Of a stretch of DNA of 64,000 nt, positions 13,128 to 27,560 are shown piece by piece. This DNA comes from Octopus sinensis. Its lineage: Eukaryota. The notes beneath the pieces were generated by a model, which was given only the letters and a program-made list of their open reading frames with translations, was not told the DNA's origin and searched no databases. How positions within the stretch are numbered: the first letter of the stretch is position 1; every line of letters starts with the position of its first letter. The stretch is from positions 18,786,001 to 18,850,000 of the forward strand of contig NC_043004.1 of NCBI RefSeq assembly GCF_006345805.1, in the 5' to 3' direction. The position numbers and the translations under genes are program-made.

Positions 13128-13440
13128 GTTAGTTAGTTAGTTAATTTTTTGGCTCAAAAAGCAAAAAGCAAGGCCATGTAGGGGAACATGGAGTTATGTA
13201 CAGAGTGGTGTTCATGTAAAGAGTTCAGGCCATTTGTGGTCAAGGGAGACTTTGAACCGAGCGGTCGTCGGCATCTTCACTATCTCGTCCGGCAGCTTAT
13301 TCCACGGATCCTCAACCCGGACGAAGAAAGCCCCTCTCCTTCGATTGAGATGAAATCGTCGCAGATAGAGCTTTTCGGAGTGATCCCGCAGCCGACGCTC
13401 TATTTTGTCTATTCTTGATTTCTCTGAAGCTGACTTTACA
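13128..13440 (-). mobile_element. CR1-clade LINE 3' end with (TAAC)n tail
   Basis: RLRDHSEKL..RR..FFVRVEDPWNKLPDEIV....FKVSLD is a typical CR1 C-terminus; GTTA repeats at 13128-13143. Confidence 0.75.
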
Positions 13441-14509
13441 TTTGGTATGTATGTGTGTGTGTGTGTATTAATGTATGTATATATAAACATACGTCAAGTA
13501 AAGACTCAAATAACAAATAAAAGATAAAGGACGAAATGGGGAAGTGAGCATGTGAGTGGGATTTGTGTGATTTCATGTGTTTTTCTTCCTATTCCTTCAC
13601 TTTCTTACACATTTTGTTTGTGAGATTTTTACCCTTTACACCCACGTAGAATAATAATTCACATTTACTTAGGTGGTTCGATAATAATTTTTACTTTGTT
13701 GAAATGGTAACAATATCGTTAATATTGGTTCTTGATAGGCTTCTTGATTTCCGAATTCCGGACTTCTCGCCAATATATCCAGGCCATGTGTTAACGAGGA
13801 AAGTTGAAACACAAATTTATCAATTGACACTGTTACAGGAATGACGTCCACTCGTACTCCAGAGGAATCGGGGAGAACTAGGATTAAGGTTAAAAGCTTT
13901 TGTGAGTTTTCTCCCTTGCTTCTTACGAGTAATTGTCATTGATGATAATGCAATTTCTGCACATTGTTATTTTAATTACACTTTATCAACATTCATTTGT
14001 AGGTCATCCTTGAAGTATTATATAATTATATGTACTCTTAAGAAATTTTTAGTGCCACTATTTGATTTATATAATCAGTAAACTATTTTCAAATGAAAAC
14101 CACATTTTAATTAAGTCGTAATTTAGTCAAATAGCTTTGTATGAAATGTGCTACACTAAGGAGCCTTAATAACATGAAAGTACGCCAGGTGTTGTTCAGC
14201 ATAGCTACCAGTTAGATTAAATATCAAGTACACATTAAACGAAAAGAAAAAAAAAAAAACGTAATTTTAATGAAATCAAACGGTTATGTGTAATATCATT
14301 ATAGAATTATGTGGAGTGCATAGTATGTTTTTGGGCCATATTTCCTTCCAAGAGTTTGTTGAAAGGTGAATTAAACTGTTCCACACATGGAATATAGCTC
14401 TGAAGTCTGTAAGAGTGTAAGACGGTATTAACTTCCGTGAAACACGGAAGCAGAGTATATAGTGGGATTTTACAGGAAATATTTTCTTTCGTTAGAAATT
14501 TCACCCTCA

Positions 14510-14904
14510 TAAAGGTGGCGAGCAGGCAGAAAAGCTAGCACGCCAGGCGAAATGCTTAGTGGTATTTCGTGTGCCGCTACGTTCTGAGTTCAAATTCCGC
14601 CGAGGTCGACTTTGTCTTTCATCCTTTCGGGGTCGATTAAATAAGTACCAGTTACACACTGGGGTCGATATAATTGACTTAGTCCGTTTGTCTGTCCTTG
14701 TTTGTTTTCTCTGTGTTTAGCCCCTTGTGCGTAATAAAGAAATAGGTATTTCGTCTGTCTTTACATTCTGAGTTCAAATTCCGCCGAGGTCGAATTTGCC
14801 TTTCATCCTTTCGGGGTCGAAAAAAATACCAGTTTCGTACTGGGGTGAATCTAATTTACTGGTCCCCCTCCCCCAAATTTCGGTCCTTGTGTCTAGAGTA
14901 GAAA
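14510..14904 (+). mobile_element. tRNA-derived SINE (family A), dimeric, with 16-bp TSD
   Basis: Head GGCGAGCAGGCAGAAAAGCTAGCA, B box GAGTTCAAATTCC twice; AGAAATTTCACCCTCA at 14494-14509 and 14905-14920. Confidence 0.9.
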
Positions 14905-16084
14905 AGAAATTTCACCCTCAGTTCCCTCATGTCATTTTCTGTATCTAGTCACTGTATATCTATTTCTTTAATCTCTTCAGCTTAAAGTTTTTTAATCTTT
15001 TATTTTTCCATTTTTTTATAGTGAGCATTACAGAAACAAACAAATCGAAAGCAGCTTGCTTATCATGTAATAGGCAGGGAAGTTAACACATTTAATTGAA
15101 TGATACTATTGTCAATGTAATCAGCCGTCTAGTAACCTTTCACCTGTAATCTTGATGTTGTATCTTCTGAAACCAATCTGCTTCTGTATTTCTTGTTTCG
15201 GTATTTAGCGTAGTACTTATCTATTCATGCAGCTGTATCAGCAGTCCTACATCACTACCTTTTGCATACATACATTGGCTCACTGATTTTATCACAATGT
15301 GTTGGTAAACCTCTATTAAACCTAAATAAGCAATCTATAAATAACTTACATTTTGACGAATATCAAAGAGCAATAGGATAAGCTCCTAATAAGTCGAATC
15401 TGCAGCAAATTTTAAATACTATGTTCATTTCCGATGCTAATACCCTTAAGTGATGTATGCACTTTCTCAAATCTCATTTTTCACCCACCTCCCTACACAA
15501 GTAAGAATATATTCTGATAAAAATAAATAATTATATATTTTGTGATGGAAGGTAACAAAAAGGCTCCTAGAAGACTGAAACCTAGTTTAGAATACTTTCC
15601 AAATAATGTTACTGCATGCTACTTATTACTTTGAAAAAGATATGAATATCTCGATGTATCAATACAATTTGATATATTGATACTTATTTCAATTTGATAT
15701 ATTGGTACTTATTTCAATGATCCTGCTAGGATAAAATACATATATTCCTTATTAATGTGCTTTAAATGCAGAACAAAAAAATGGAGCGAAAAATAAAATA
15801 CTGAATATTTAGTCCTCTCACTGCATAGTATATCTTACATTAAGTTTGAAAATTACATTAGAACAGTATTGGTTTGAATTTCCAATGAATTGCTTGTCTG
15901 AAATATTAACTTTACTCGCTCTTATGATACACTAACTTTACTTGTATTTAGTTTTCCTGGTTTAATATATAACACCATTCATCTTAATTCTTATTGTTAT
16001 TTCAGCTGCAAACCGAATTTCCACTCGGAAATACAATCATAACAGTTTAAAAACTCTAAGAAAACAGCTTAATAAACTAATAAG

Positions 16085-16330
16085 TTATTTCGACTAGGCC
16101 TCGAGTAGTAATTTTGGCTTCAGTTCCACCTTGGCTTCAGTTTCACCTTGGACAAGTGTTTTCTATTACAGATTCAGGCCTACCAATACCTGGTGAGCGG
16201 ATTTCGTTGACGAAAACCGAAAGTATCACGTCGCATGTATAAATATGTGTGTATTTTTTTGTGTCGATGTTTGTCCTCCACTACAGCTTGACTACCGGTG
16301 TAATCATCAATGTATTTACATGATTGTAAA
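16085..16330 (+). mobile_element. Degenerate SINE family B (Nin-domain-like)
   Basis: CCTTGGACAAGTGTTTTCTATTACAG..GGCCTACCAATACCTGGTGAGCGGATTTCG resembles the 30372 copy. Confidence 0.5.
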
Positions 16331-16590
16331 CTCACGTCTCACTAACAGACTAATAAAATAAGTGTGAATAAAAGCAAATCTTTTTGGTTATGCATCCCGA
16401 AATAAACCAAAAGTCAGTGTTTATGAAGAAATATTCACTCTTAATGCAACACGAATACTTCAATAACTTGATTTAACATTACTGTCATTACATTCAAGAA
16501 TGAGTAAATTACATAAATAATAATACTGTGAATGTAGCGTCCGAGAAACAGTAAAAGTAATCACATGATCAACGACAGGTATTACTGCTA

Positions 16591-16629
<39 letters not shown>

Positions 16630-17855
16630 AATGAGTAACAGTAGAGGTACAGATGTCAATCCATTACGGCCGTTTCTAACACCTTTAACTGATTAATGAA
16701 AACATTACATTGTAATGAAGTAGTTTTCGTCATATGGATTCGTGAACTTCAAAATAAAGGGTATTCAAAATGATTTAACATAGTTTAAAATCCACGGAGG
16801 AAAAACATTTACAGTGATTGTGTTTCTATTTTAGTGGGAAGCGATGAAATCGAGGAGTTAAGGGCAGACAGTGAATATGCACCAAGATATGCATGCTGAA
16901 AACTCAAAGAAAATAAAGGCAGGATAGAAGACATTTAAGGATGTTCTCTCTAAACAAAGCTGAACAATACGTGTCAGACTCTTCAATAGCACCACCCTGT
17001 TCTTTATTCCTTTACTTGTTTCAGTCGTTTGCTGGGATACCGCCTTATATATGTATATATATATATATATCTGTGTGTGTGTGTATGTGTGTATGTGTTT
17101 GTGTGTGTGTATGTGTTTTTGTGTGTGTATGTGTTTGTGTGTGTATGTGTGTGTGTGTGTATATGTGTGTATGTGTGTGTGTGTTTGTGTGTGTGTATGT
17201 GTTTGTGTGTGTGTGTATGTCTGTCTGCGTGTGTATAAATCAAAACTGTATAAATCAAACCTGTATTAGATAATTACGCCATTGACAGTTCAGAGCATTT
17301 AAAGGACGAATCATTTAATAATTTACAAATCTGCCATTGCTTGTATATTATCAAAGTTAACAAAAACAATTAGGTGTGTTAAGGTTAAGTCTGTTCTATA
17401 TTTTTTTGAAGTGGCAGATCTTTCTCGGAGGAAATAACAAAATATATATTCCCAAGTTTTGTTTTTCTATAAGTAGCGAAAAAAATATAAATAAAATGTC
17501 TTTAATTGATATATTTTGATATAAGTAGCACTACAAAGCCGGATTTGTTTAGACAACATCTAAATATTTTGGGAGTACACATTTTGTAGTAGGTAACAAG
17601 TGGTTTATACTTAGCGCTAATCGTACATAAAAACATAGACCATATTTCTTTATTTCAAGTAGTCAGTGGCAAAATTGAATACTACCGAGCTGATCTCAGT
17701 TTCGATACGTGATTGAAGCTGCTTATTTTCTTAAACTCATTAAATCACATGGCATATAATAAAAACAAAGTAACATTTGTCAGACCCCCACCACACACGC
17801 ACACACAAACACACACACACATATATATATGTATGCATGTATTTATGTGTGTATG

Positions 17856-17886
<31 letters not shown>

Positions 17887-17942
17887 TATACATACATACG
17901 TACATACATACGTGCATGTATGTATGTATGTATGTATGTATG

Positions 17943-17973
<31 letters not shown>

Positions 17974-18029
17974 ATATCTGTCTGTGTTTCTGTCTGTCTG
18001 TATGTCTATCAATATATCTATCTATCTAG

Positions 18030-19250
18030 CTTTTATGGGAGGTGGAGTGCATTCTGCTCTTATGAGGCCCTTCTGGCCACACTTGAAACAACGAAGTCTC
18101 CTGCCCTCCACATAAACCTTCGACCTTTTTTCACCCACTAAAACGGTGTCTGCGATGCTATCTAGACCCTCAGGGGCAGCGTGGAAATCATTTTCAGTCT
18201 CTACCCCAGCTAGTTCTGAGTCGGTATTCTCGTTGCTTGGAGTATTGATATTCTTTCCTCAAAGCCTAATGTTATGGCTGCCACCAGCCAAGCAACGGCC
18301 ACTTCCGGTGAGATTTCCTCCACCCTTACCATGGAAGCGCGCCTTCTAAGGTAAGTTTGTTGTTATATTATCTCGTCTGTCTTCAAGGTTACCCCGGAGT
18401 GCTACCCATCCCTTTCCTCTGTGTGAAAACGTACCTCAACTGTCGCATGATTCTTGCTGCTGGTCAGATACATGATTTCCGGCCAGATGGATCCCAAACA
18501 CTTTTCAGTTTGATCCCTCTAGCCACGTCGATTTTCTTTTCTTTATTAAATATGATTTTTATGTCACCATTTTTACCAGCACAGCTTGTGACACTTCACT
18601 AGGTGGGGTCAGTTCAACTACAGATCCCTCCTTCTTCATCATGTTCTTATACCTTTTCCCGTCCTGTACTTTCGACGTTATATCCTCCTTCACAGCGCCT
18701 GTCGCAGCCGCAAAATATTTTACACATTTTTCGTTTTTTCTCTCCATTTCTCTTGCTATCTCCGTCTCCATACTAATTATAGACGCCACCATTTCACTTT
18801 CTGACGAATCAGAAAGACTCAACCTTTCAAAACTGAAATTCATTTTCACCAACAAGCGCTTCCCGCTCAAACAACGGGAAAACGATTATAGGACCGCCGC
18901 AAAGCAGTAAAACAATGGTGTATTAAACACACACAAGAACAATATTCAACAGTCGTAATACAACAAGTAAACAAGCGACACTGACCGCAAATAACGACAC
19001 TAACACTTGGCGGAGGGATTTCGAATGCCAGGAAAGCGAGATGAACGTGCATTTCGGCTTTCATAACAATTGTTTGTGACTGCCACCTACGGCATTCAAC
19101 ACAGCTGCGTTTTGGCGTCTCGTTTCAGGTAAAGTTGAAAAGTTACCTGCAATTTGCGTCTCAGCCATAAACCAGCATGTCTTGGAATATTTGCACTTAC
19201 ATCCCCGAAATAGATTTTCAGAATTTACCATATAAAAATGACATTTGAAA
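18030..19250 (-). mobile_element. L1/Tx1-like LINE 5' region: degenerate ORF1 with zinc knuckle
   Basis: ORF 18559-18870, then IWPEIMYL..HATVEVRF, RASMVRVEEISPEVAVAWLVAAI, and VYVEGRRLRCFKCGQKGLIRAEC (CX2CX4[H>L]X4C, 18049-18090); cut off at a (TATC)n tract. Confidence 0.7.
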
Positions 19251-21449
19251 AAATCGCGTTTCTTTTGCCGTTCAGTGTACACACACACACACACACAACA
19301 CACACACACACACACGAAAATATAATGAAAGTTCAAAAAAAATATTTCCAAAGCCTTTTGTAGATCCCATCTGCTAATTATGAACATTCAGACTATTACG
19401 TAATTCTCAGAGCTCCCACCAGCGAGACGTTTCATCGGTTCAGCATAAAAGGAAGACTACCCAGTGCCGGAAAATTATGGAAAGCCTTGGTAATTATTTA
19501 ACCAGGCATTTTTCTCCTTCAATTTCAAGATCTATGGAGGCGCATGAACGAACAACGTATCTTCAAGTTACACCGGTATCTAGTTGGATAAGGACTGGAT
19601 CCGAATCGGTGTTTTACCCGATCTCCATATCTCTGGACGTCATTTTCGGACTCCACCTGCTGTCATGGCGTCTCAGAGTCAGTTGCTTCATTTGGCATAC
19701 CGGCCTTAATGATTTAGTCAAACATGATACGAACGCAGCTGATCTTTCATCGTAATTGGAATTGGCTGGATTAAGCTGCGCTAACGTCAAAACCAACGGT
19801 TTCGAAGTAGAAAGTCCCTCGTCTGAGATGCACCTTGAAGCGATACTTTCCTCAGTGGCAACCTGGTGGATAATACACGCTGTTGTTTTTAGTAGGTTCT
19901 TTCTTAAATGATGGCAGTGGAAATGTTCTGTGTACTCGTCCTCTGAACAAATTCATACTCAGCTTGATTGCGATACAGATTGCCTCTCACATGAGGCCTC
20001 TAGGCAAATGGCCCTTTCAGTGCATCTCCCTCACAATGTTTCGGGGTAATCAATTCGTTATTTTGCCTGCGGAACTCGAAGACTCTGCGTGACTCACTGC
20101 AAAACATTTCTCAATAAACAATTAATACAAGTGAAGAGCATCTCTGTTCAGTGTGAGTTATGAGGGTTGTTACTATTTTAAGAGTGTGTTTTGTGATATT
20201 TTATTAGGTGTTGACCGTGTTAAGTGTGTGTTTTGTGAGTTATGTTATTTCATTGGCTGGTGATTGTGAAGGGTTTGTGCTGTGTGCAGAAAGTTAACAC
20301 TGTCCGTTGTATTACTGTATTTAAAGTATCTTGTGTATCATGAGATCTGTATCTCGTAGAGTTAACTATTTATTAAGTGTAATGTGTGAGAAATGCTGTT
20401 CATTGTTTTCTTACATACGTGTTTTGTTTTATCTTGACTAGTGATCCAATTATTATTACCATTGTTTTATTTTCATGCACAACAACTTGCTTATTTCGAT
20501 TTAAAGATTATAAGGCACTATCCTTTTAACCACTTATTAAATATGACTTGACGTCGTAGTTATTTGAATATAATACAATATTCTAATTATATACATTGAA
20601 CACGGAATCTGATTATCGTTATAAAAGGGTTTTAATACCAGGCTATGTAGGTCATTGCATTTTACATGTTACACAATGGAAATATTTAATTATAGTCCAT
20701 CAGATGTAATTCAATCAGAACAAAATTCAGGCAAAATTCAACTTACTTAAGTGGCACTTATGTACACGAGCCTATACTAACAAGAAAAAAAACCCCAACA
20801 AAACTATTGCAACAATGCTTAAACTATTAACATATAATCATAGATTTATGCCCTGCAAGAAGTAACATCACTAAATTCTTTTGTTGCACGCTAAAACTTG
20901 CATATTCTGAAATTTCAAAAGTTCCTTATAACAAATACTAAAGAAAAAGTTCAAAAATATGTCATGAACGACAGTTAAAATTTTTTTCATAATTATTGAA
21001 ATATTTTATAATTCAAGTCTATAATTTCATGAATATCTAAGGGTAATTTTGAGGCCCATATAGGGTTACTGTACAATTACTATGGTATTAATGTAATGAC
21101 CCAATCAGTGTGTGAGAAAAACAGTTGTTAAATACCAACTAGGTCATTAAAATATTTTCAAAAGAATAAAAAAATGATATATAAAGCTTATTTTTATGGC
21201 GAAAGCGACTTAATTTCGTAATTCCTTATATTTCAGGTGACTAATCTACAGATGGAAACCAAAAATTACAGAAGACAGTTCTGCCATCTGTTTTGTTTGG
21301 CAGAAGGAAAAGCAGCGACGGCTGCAGCGGGGACAGCAGTAGTGATAGTAGCAGAAATAGTGGTAGCAAGGGCAGTAACAGCAGTAGAAGCAGTGTGATT
21401 GTTGTGATGTTTGTTTAGCTCCCAACCTTAAGCGTCGTTTCATTTAACC

Positions 21450-22310
21450 TGAACTGCTTTGGACTCGTCTCTTCCGACTTCTGCCAACAATGACGATCAT
21501 AGCCACAAGTATTCCATCATTCTTGATGATACATTTAAACAGTGTCCACAACAGCGTATTAGGCATTACTTTCGTGAACCAACAGGAACGCAGGGCACTC
21601 ATACTTGCCACTCCAGCACCTCTTCCCAAAGGCACGTAGCTATCCTCATTCTCACACTTTTTGAAGAAGCAAATACATCATTTAAAATATCCAATAACAT
21701 GGACAGACTTATAAACTTTACAACACCCAATGACTTTTGATCCATCTCCTTTCTTCGACTTCAGTACGAAAGCAGCCAGCAGAGATCTGATTGTGCACTT
21801 CATGTCAGTGCCAAAATTGGATGCATCGTACGTAATGAAATCACATATGCAAGACCGGTTCACTAATACTAGAAACCGAATCGCCCAATCCACGCATTTC
21901 CTCAGAATACTTGAAATCAACGGGTAACAGCTTCCTTCATCAACCAGCTTCAGAGCTCCAAACCAACGTAGAAATAAAAAAAATGAAACAATAAATTCAC
22001 CAACAAGTGCTCCTTGAAGACACCACATGCCAATGGAAGGTCAACTGCTGTTATACAAATGAAAGTATTCGATCGTTCATCGGAAATGCCCATCTGCTAA
22101 ATAAGCCCACAACTACAGGTATCCATGTTCACTGGCCAACTGGTCCACCCGAAACACGAACAAGTACATTTTCATCTTACAATATGACAAATGCAGTCAG
22201 TACTACTTCGGTAGCACGGTCAATTTCAACACATCCGGTTTAAAGAGGATTTTAAAACAAGCGCGTCATCCTTCCTGAAACACTTATTCAAATGTGGTAA
22301 GACCTATAAT
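21450..22310 (+). mobile_element. Highly degenerate PLE 3' relic (thumb + GIY-YIG)
   Basis: DRFTNTRNRI...LRILEING (thumb-like) and NTNKYIFILQYDKCSQYYFGST (GIY-YIG-like); many stops. Confidence 0.5.
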
Positions 22311-23660
22311 AGTTATATTCTTTCTTATCCTGATCAAGGAGTGGAACGTAGACAAGTTGTAGATCAAAGGTGTCATTGTGGGTTCTAGATTTAAACACTG
22401 ATAAAGGGATTCATTTTCTTACAAATTGTATGAAAAATTCGGGTTGAACCGTGTTTTAGCTTATCTCACAATATTTATATGTGATACCTAACAGAACCTT
22501 TGGTATGCTGATTTTTGAGGTTTATAGGTACATTACGTCATTCATATTGTTGATATTCAGAATAAGATTTGCTGTATTCACTCACAGTCTTACCAACTGA
22601 ATAGATTTTGCCTTTTTGGTTTGGTTTAATAAGGCCGATGTATGCCCATCGCTCTTATTATTTATCGGTAAAACAATATTCACTAACAAGTACATCGAAT
22701 ATATTTTGGTAATTATTTTATTTTATTGGTGTTATCTTCCTTGTGTGTTGCTTTCAGACCACTCCATTGAAAGGGTTTTTATTTAGACTACACTTTTTGT
22801 ATTATGAGGGACAATTCTTTATATGTACTTAGTAACCAGGTAACCAGAAGGTTTCTTTGAAGTGTTTTCCTTCAGCTATATTGTTGATAATCACAATCAG
22901 CGCCACTACATTACCTTTATTTTTGCATATTCGGATCCCGCTTAAATCTCATCAATAAGACATCAGTCTGTCCGTTGTTTTCCTCAGTTGAGTGTAAAGA
23001 TCAGAACAACTCCGATCCGTAACGTCTTTATTCTTAAAAAAAAACCCCAAACCCAAAGGCTTTGTAAAGTACATCTCTTCAGCCATATTGTTGTTAGCTG
23101 TCAGTAACTGTCAAAAGGCGGAAGGTAAACAGGTGAAATAGAGAGGATTACATTACTTTTCAGGACAGCATGGTACTATTTTTTTCACTTGGAGAGCGTA
23201 CAACATTTTAGTCTCCTTAATTCATTTTTATACAATCCGCTACTTTTCTAGTTTATTAAAAATTCAAAAAGGATATTATAAAGAAATTAAATAAAATTTG
23301 TGTAGCCATATTCTAAAATACTTCCATTCATATTTTCTTATGAAATCCCAATCTTTGAAAAACAAACAACAGGCCTATTCTATTTACCATGGAATTAAAA
23401 TAGTTGAGGCAGTAATTCACCATTGTAGTTCAAAAAAGTATTCCGACATTGAAAAGAGCTAGTAACAAAAATGTTATGGACATTTACTTCCCATTAAAAT
23501 TTATTGAATTATTGATCCTCTGTTGATGTCTATATAACACATTAGCTGTTACAACACTACCATTTACATTACATGCGAATAAACCGTTTGCGCAACGATA
23601 AATATTTATAATATTTCATCTATAAATACAATGTAAAATTTTAACATAGTTCAGAACGAA

Positions 23661-23875
23661 GGCAGCTAGCTGGCAGAATCGTTAGCACGCCGAAGAAAAT
23701 GCTTAGCGGCATTTCACCCATCTCTACATACAGAGTTCAAATTCCGCCGAGGTCGACTTTGTCTTTCATCTTTACCTTTATCGATCAAATATGTAACAGT
23801 TGACCAGTGGGGTCAATTTAATTGATTTGGTTCTTCCCGTAAAACTGTTGGCCTTGTGCCAAAGATTCAAACCAA
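23661..23875 (+). mobile_element. tRNA-derived SINE family A
   Basis: GCTGGCAGAATCGTTAGCACGCC...GAGTTCAAATTCCGCCGAGGTCGACTTTG. Confidence 0.85.
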
Positions 23876-25008
23876 TATAGTTCAGAATTGATTTTAAAAA
23901 TAAAATATTTTCATAATCATAATATATTGTCAGGTTATTTTCATATGTTATAAATTTATTAAATCAAGGATCTAGGCACTGCCGGTAGGACTCTTATTGT
24001 TTCAGCTAAGCATGAAAGATATATTAATGTCATAAAGTCAAATTCGTAACGAACTAGCATGGTAAAATAACAAAATTATAAGTATAATCCGTAGTATTTG
24101 GCACTCGATATTTGTAGCTCCCATCATTTAGGATAATTTATTTATAAATGAATTTTATTAGTATAACTAATTATTGGTAGGGAACATAATTGAATATGTA
24201 CAACACTTATCGGAAATTTTATCACCCCATCCTAACTAAACAAACAAATTTAGACTACGTAGGGACGGTCAGTTCTTTATTACTGGTTGATTCAACAAAT
24301 GTTGCTTGCAAAAGTATTTATGCACGCACATGGGTATGTGTGTATGTTACTTATTACAATAATCAGAGAAATAACATTGTACCAGGCTTTAGAGTTAGTT
24401 CTGAATAAAGAAAAACTGCTACTTCTTGCGATATAATGTATGCTGTTTAATTCGACGTTACATACTGAGGTTTTGTATGATATAATGTTTGATCACTAAC
24501 ATATTTCCAAATATGTTAAACCCTTATAACTATATGAGTGTGGTGTGTGTATGTATGTATGTATGTATGTATGTATGTATGTATGTATGTATGTATGTAT
24601 GTATATGTATGTGGGTGTGCATGTTGGAAGTCGACTTAGTGTTGAGTATGACCATTTCATACGCATCGTTTTAGCTTCAATCAGGGTACTATATTCTCTC
24701 AACTCTAAAGAACCTGCCCAGTTAAGGAATGAGGGGAGACCCATGATGAATAATACATATTTAGTGTATGTGTGTAAGTTCATCCTTTCTTTTCTCTCTC
24801 TCTCTTATTCTTTCTCACTCAGACAAGCATATATGCATGGAAACAGTCGACTGGCTGTCTACATATAATTAATCTTATTACCAGACGCTGTCTAACTAAG
24901 TAAAAGACTGAAAGAAAATTATAAATTATAAAAATTTTTTTACATCTAAATGCTCCTATAACATAAATGCATTGGTTTTGGTCAGCTATTTATTCACATA
25001 TTGAAAAG

Positions 25009-25086
25009 TTTATCACATCACATAGCCAGACATATTTATCACATCACATAGCTAGACATATTTATCACATCACATAGCTAGACATA
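25009..25086. repeat. 26-bp tandem repeat x3
   Basis: TTTATCACATCACATAGCYAGACATA three times. Confidence 0.9.
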
Positions 25087-26809
25087 GAAAGCAGATGATT
25101 TGCAATTAATATACCAACAAAATAACATGTCTCTTCAGAACTGAAAACCTCATAGATAATGGTAACTGAAAGAATGCATCAGTTACCCCTCTCAATTGAT
25201 ATTTAAAATGTCTAATTCACAACACCGAATATTATGTACAGATGTGGCATGTTTTGTATGAAAATTGATTCGTAACTTTATCTTTATGTTCGAATCTATA
25301 ACGATGAACAATTGTACGTGCTGCACCACAGCGACATTTTGGAAAAAACTACATCTTTAATGTTTGTCGCATTCAAATAGTTAAGTTGTATATGTTAATT
25401 CCTTTGCGTACACAAGAGTTCCCCTGGGTTAGTTTTGGTTTGTTAAAACACTAAACAATAAGTAAATAAATAACTAAACAGAGACTTCGGATAGTATGCT
25501 AGTCTCCTCTAGATAAACGATTCCGATGGGCGAAAATCTATTATTGCAAGCCAATGATGCATTTGTAAACTTTGCTGCTATTTACAGCATTGAACAACAA
25601 AATTCTATTACACAAATTTGCAACGATTTGGACTGGGCTGTTTAGTAGTACCTTTGATAACCAGAGAGTAGAATATGAACTTGCAATTTACTCTACCAGA
25701 TATTCTATCAATTTTAAGTGCCTATCTTTAATCCTTTGCCTGTCCTGTGCATCACATGTGATACACAGAACATATTTCCCTGGCATCCATGCATCCTTTA
25801 TCGTATAAATTCCCAATTGTTTTTCAACCAGTAGTGTAACTAGGAACTCATGAAAGGAGAACTTTATTTTACTCAGGACATATAAAACAAGAGTTATCTA
25901 AAAGTCTGTAAACAAGCATGGGCGTTTAGAACAAGTGTCTTTTATCTTTAAAGTAGGAACACAGCGGTTTCTACTTTAAAAGAAATAAACATTTCTTTAA
26001 ATTGAGTTGTTAAGTCCCAGCTTATAGAAAAAAAAAACTTATACTATTCTTGTTTATCCCCAGGTCTGCCAAGTGATTGAGCAAACCAATAAAAATGCTT
26101 CGTCTTTCCTGAGGATATACAGTATAAAGGACTACATTATACAATGCGCTCTTTTCTCTATAAAACAACTGCAATATGAAAGAGTTTTAGCAGCTATTCT
26201 AGCGGATTAAGCCACTGCTAGACGTTTCCTTGTTGGGTATTCATCTAGGTATGCAGAAATTTTATCAATAATTCTGTTTAATTTAGTTTTCCGTTCAATT
26301 TACATTATAAAACAGATATTCTACCGATTAAATTAGATGCATATATTGATAGCTGAAATGAAATTCTTTAGGTGCTGACTCAGGCCCAAGGTCAATTTAG
26401 ATCGTAAACATTGATAAAATGAACGTACGTACACGTGTTTGAACAACTCACCATATATTTATTTACCATTGTAAATATTGATAGTTATTTGGCGTATTTG
26501 CATTTTAAAAATAATCAATTTAGAAATTAATTAGAACACTATTTATTTTTACAAAAATCATTATTTATTTTATATATCCGTCGCAAATGGATGGTGTTTT
26601 CTTTAATATATTCTGGTTTGTTTAAGAATAAATATGATAATAATACGATAATTAAATTCCATCCCAATATCGCATTCGGAGAAATCGCATGGCCTATACT
26701 GACCACAATAGTGGTCTGCCCACTTTCCTCGTCGGTTAAGCTGACAAAACCTAACAACCAAGAATATCATAGTTCTTTCACAGACCTTGTACTCCTTGGT
26801 AGATACATC

Positions 26810-27250
26810 GATGTTTTTATGTGATAGCACAAAGGACCTTAACTCGATCCACGAAGGCAACCACACATTTGACTTCAGTTATTTCCTCATAGAGAGCATG
26901 GATGTAGTATCATTGTATCCATCAATTGATATAGATTTTGCTGTCGAGAAAAGTGTGGATTTGATCTGGGAGAGTGATATGATATTCAACAATGTCCATG
27001 TTGATGAACTGGATCTCTTTCTACCCCTCACTTGTATCAAATTTTCTGAACATAACCTAGCAGATGCTTGTCGCCCTCGAACTAAACTAGGTAGACGCCT
27101 ACAATTATTTTGATTATCAGAAGGCCAATAAAGGATGTTGGCCAGACTTATCCACCATGATACGGACTTGCACAATACTAGGACTGCTATTGCATATACT
27201 ATCGATGCTGGTGTAAAGACCACATTAAAGTCACATTTATACACAAAACG
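26810..27250 (+). mobile_element. PLE RT fragment (motif A and long downstream insertion)
   Basis: CDSTKDL, SMDVVSLYPSIDIDF, VDELDLFL, CRPRTKLGRR, KTTLKSHLY in one frame with two stops. Confidence 0.72.
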
Positions 27251-27414
27251 ATAGAATCTGAATATTTAAGAAGAGCAAAGAAAACACTCGAGGGAACTTA
27301 AAATGATTGTGTGAATGGAGTATGCTCTCTATACTGCACCAAATATGTATAGATATTGATTTCCAATTTTGGAACAATGCCAGCCATTTCGGAGGAAAGA
27401 AGAAGTCGATTACA

Positions 27415-27560
27415 TCCACCGCAGTATTAAACTGGTTGTTATTTTATCGAACCCCAAAAGGATGAAAAGCAAAGTCGACATCAGCAGATATTGAACTCGG
27501 AATGTAAAGATGGAGGAAATACATTTAAGCATTTCGTCCGGCGTGCCAATTCAGAGTCTT
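27415..27560 (-). mobile_element. SINE family A fragment
   Basis: AAGTCGATTACATC...CGAACCCCAAAAGGATGAAAAGCAAAGTCGAC...TTGAACTC. Confidence 0.65.

Noticed and set aside
21246-21443. Cys/Tyr-rich metallothionein-like ORF
   Set aside because: Antisense translation of a degenerate (GCA/GTA)n trinucleotide repeat.
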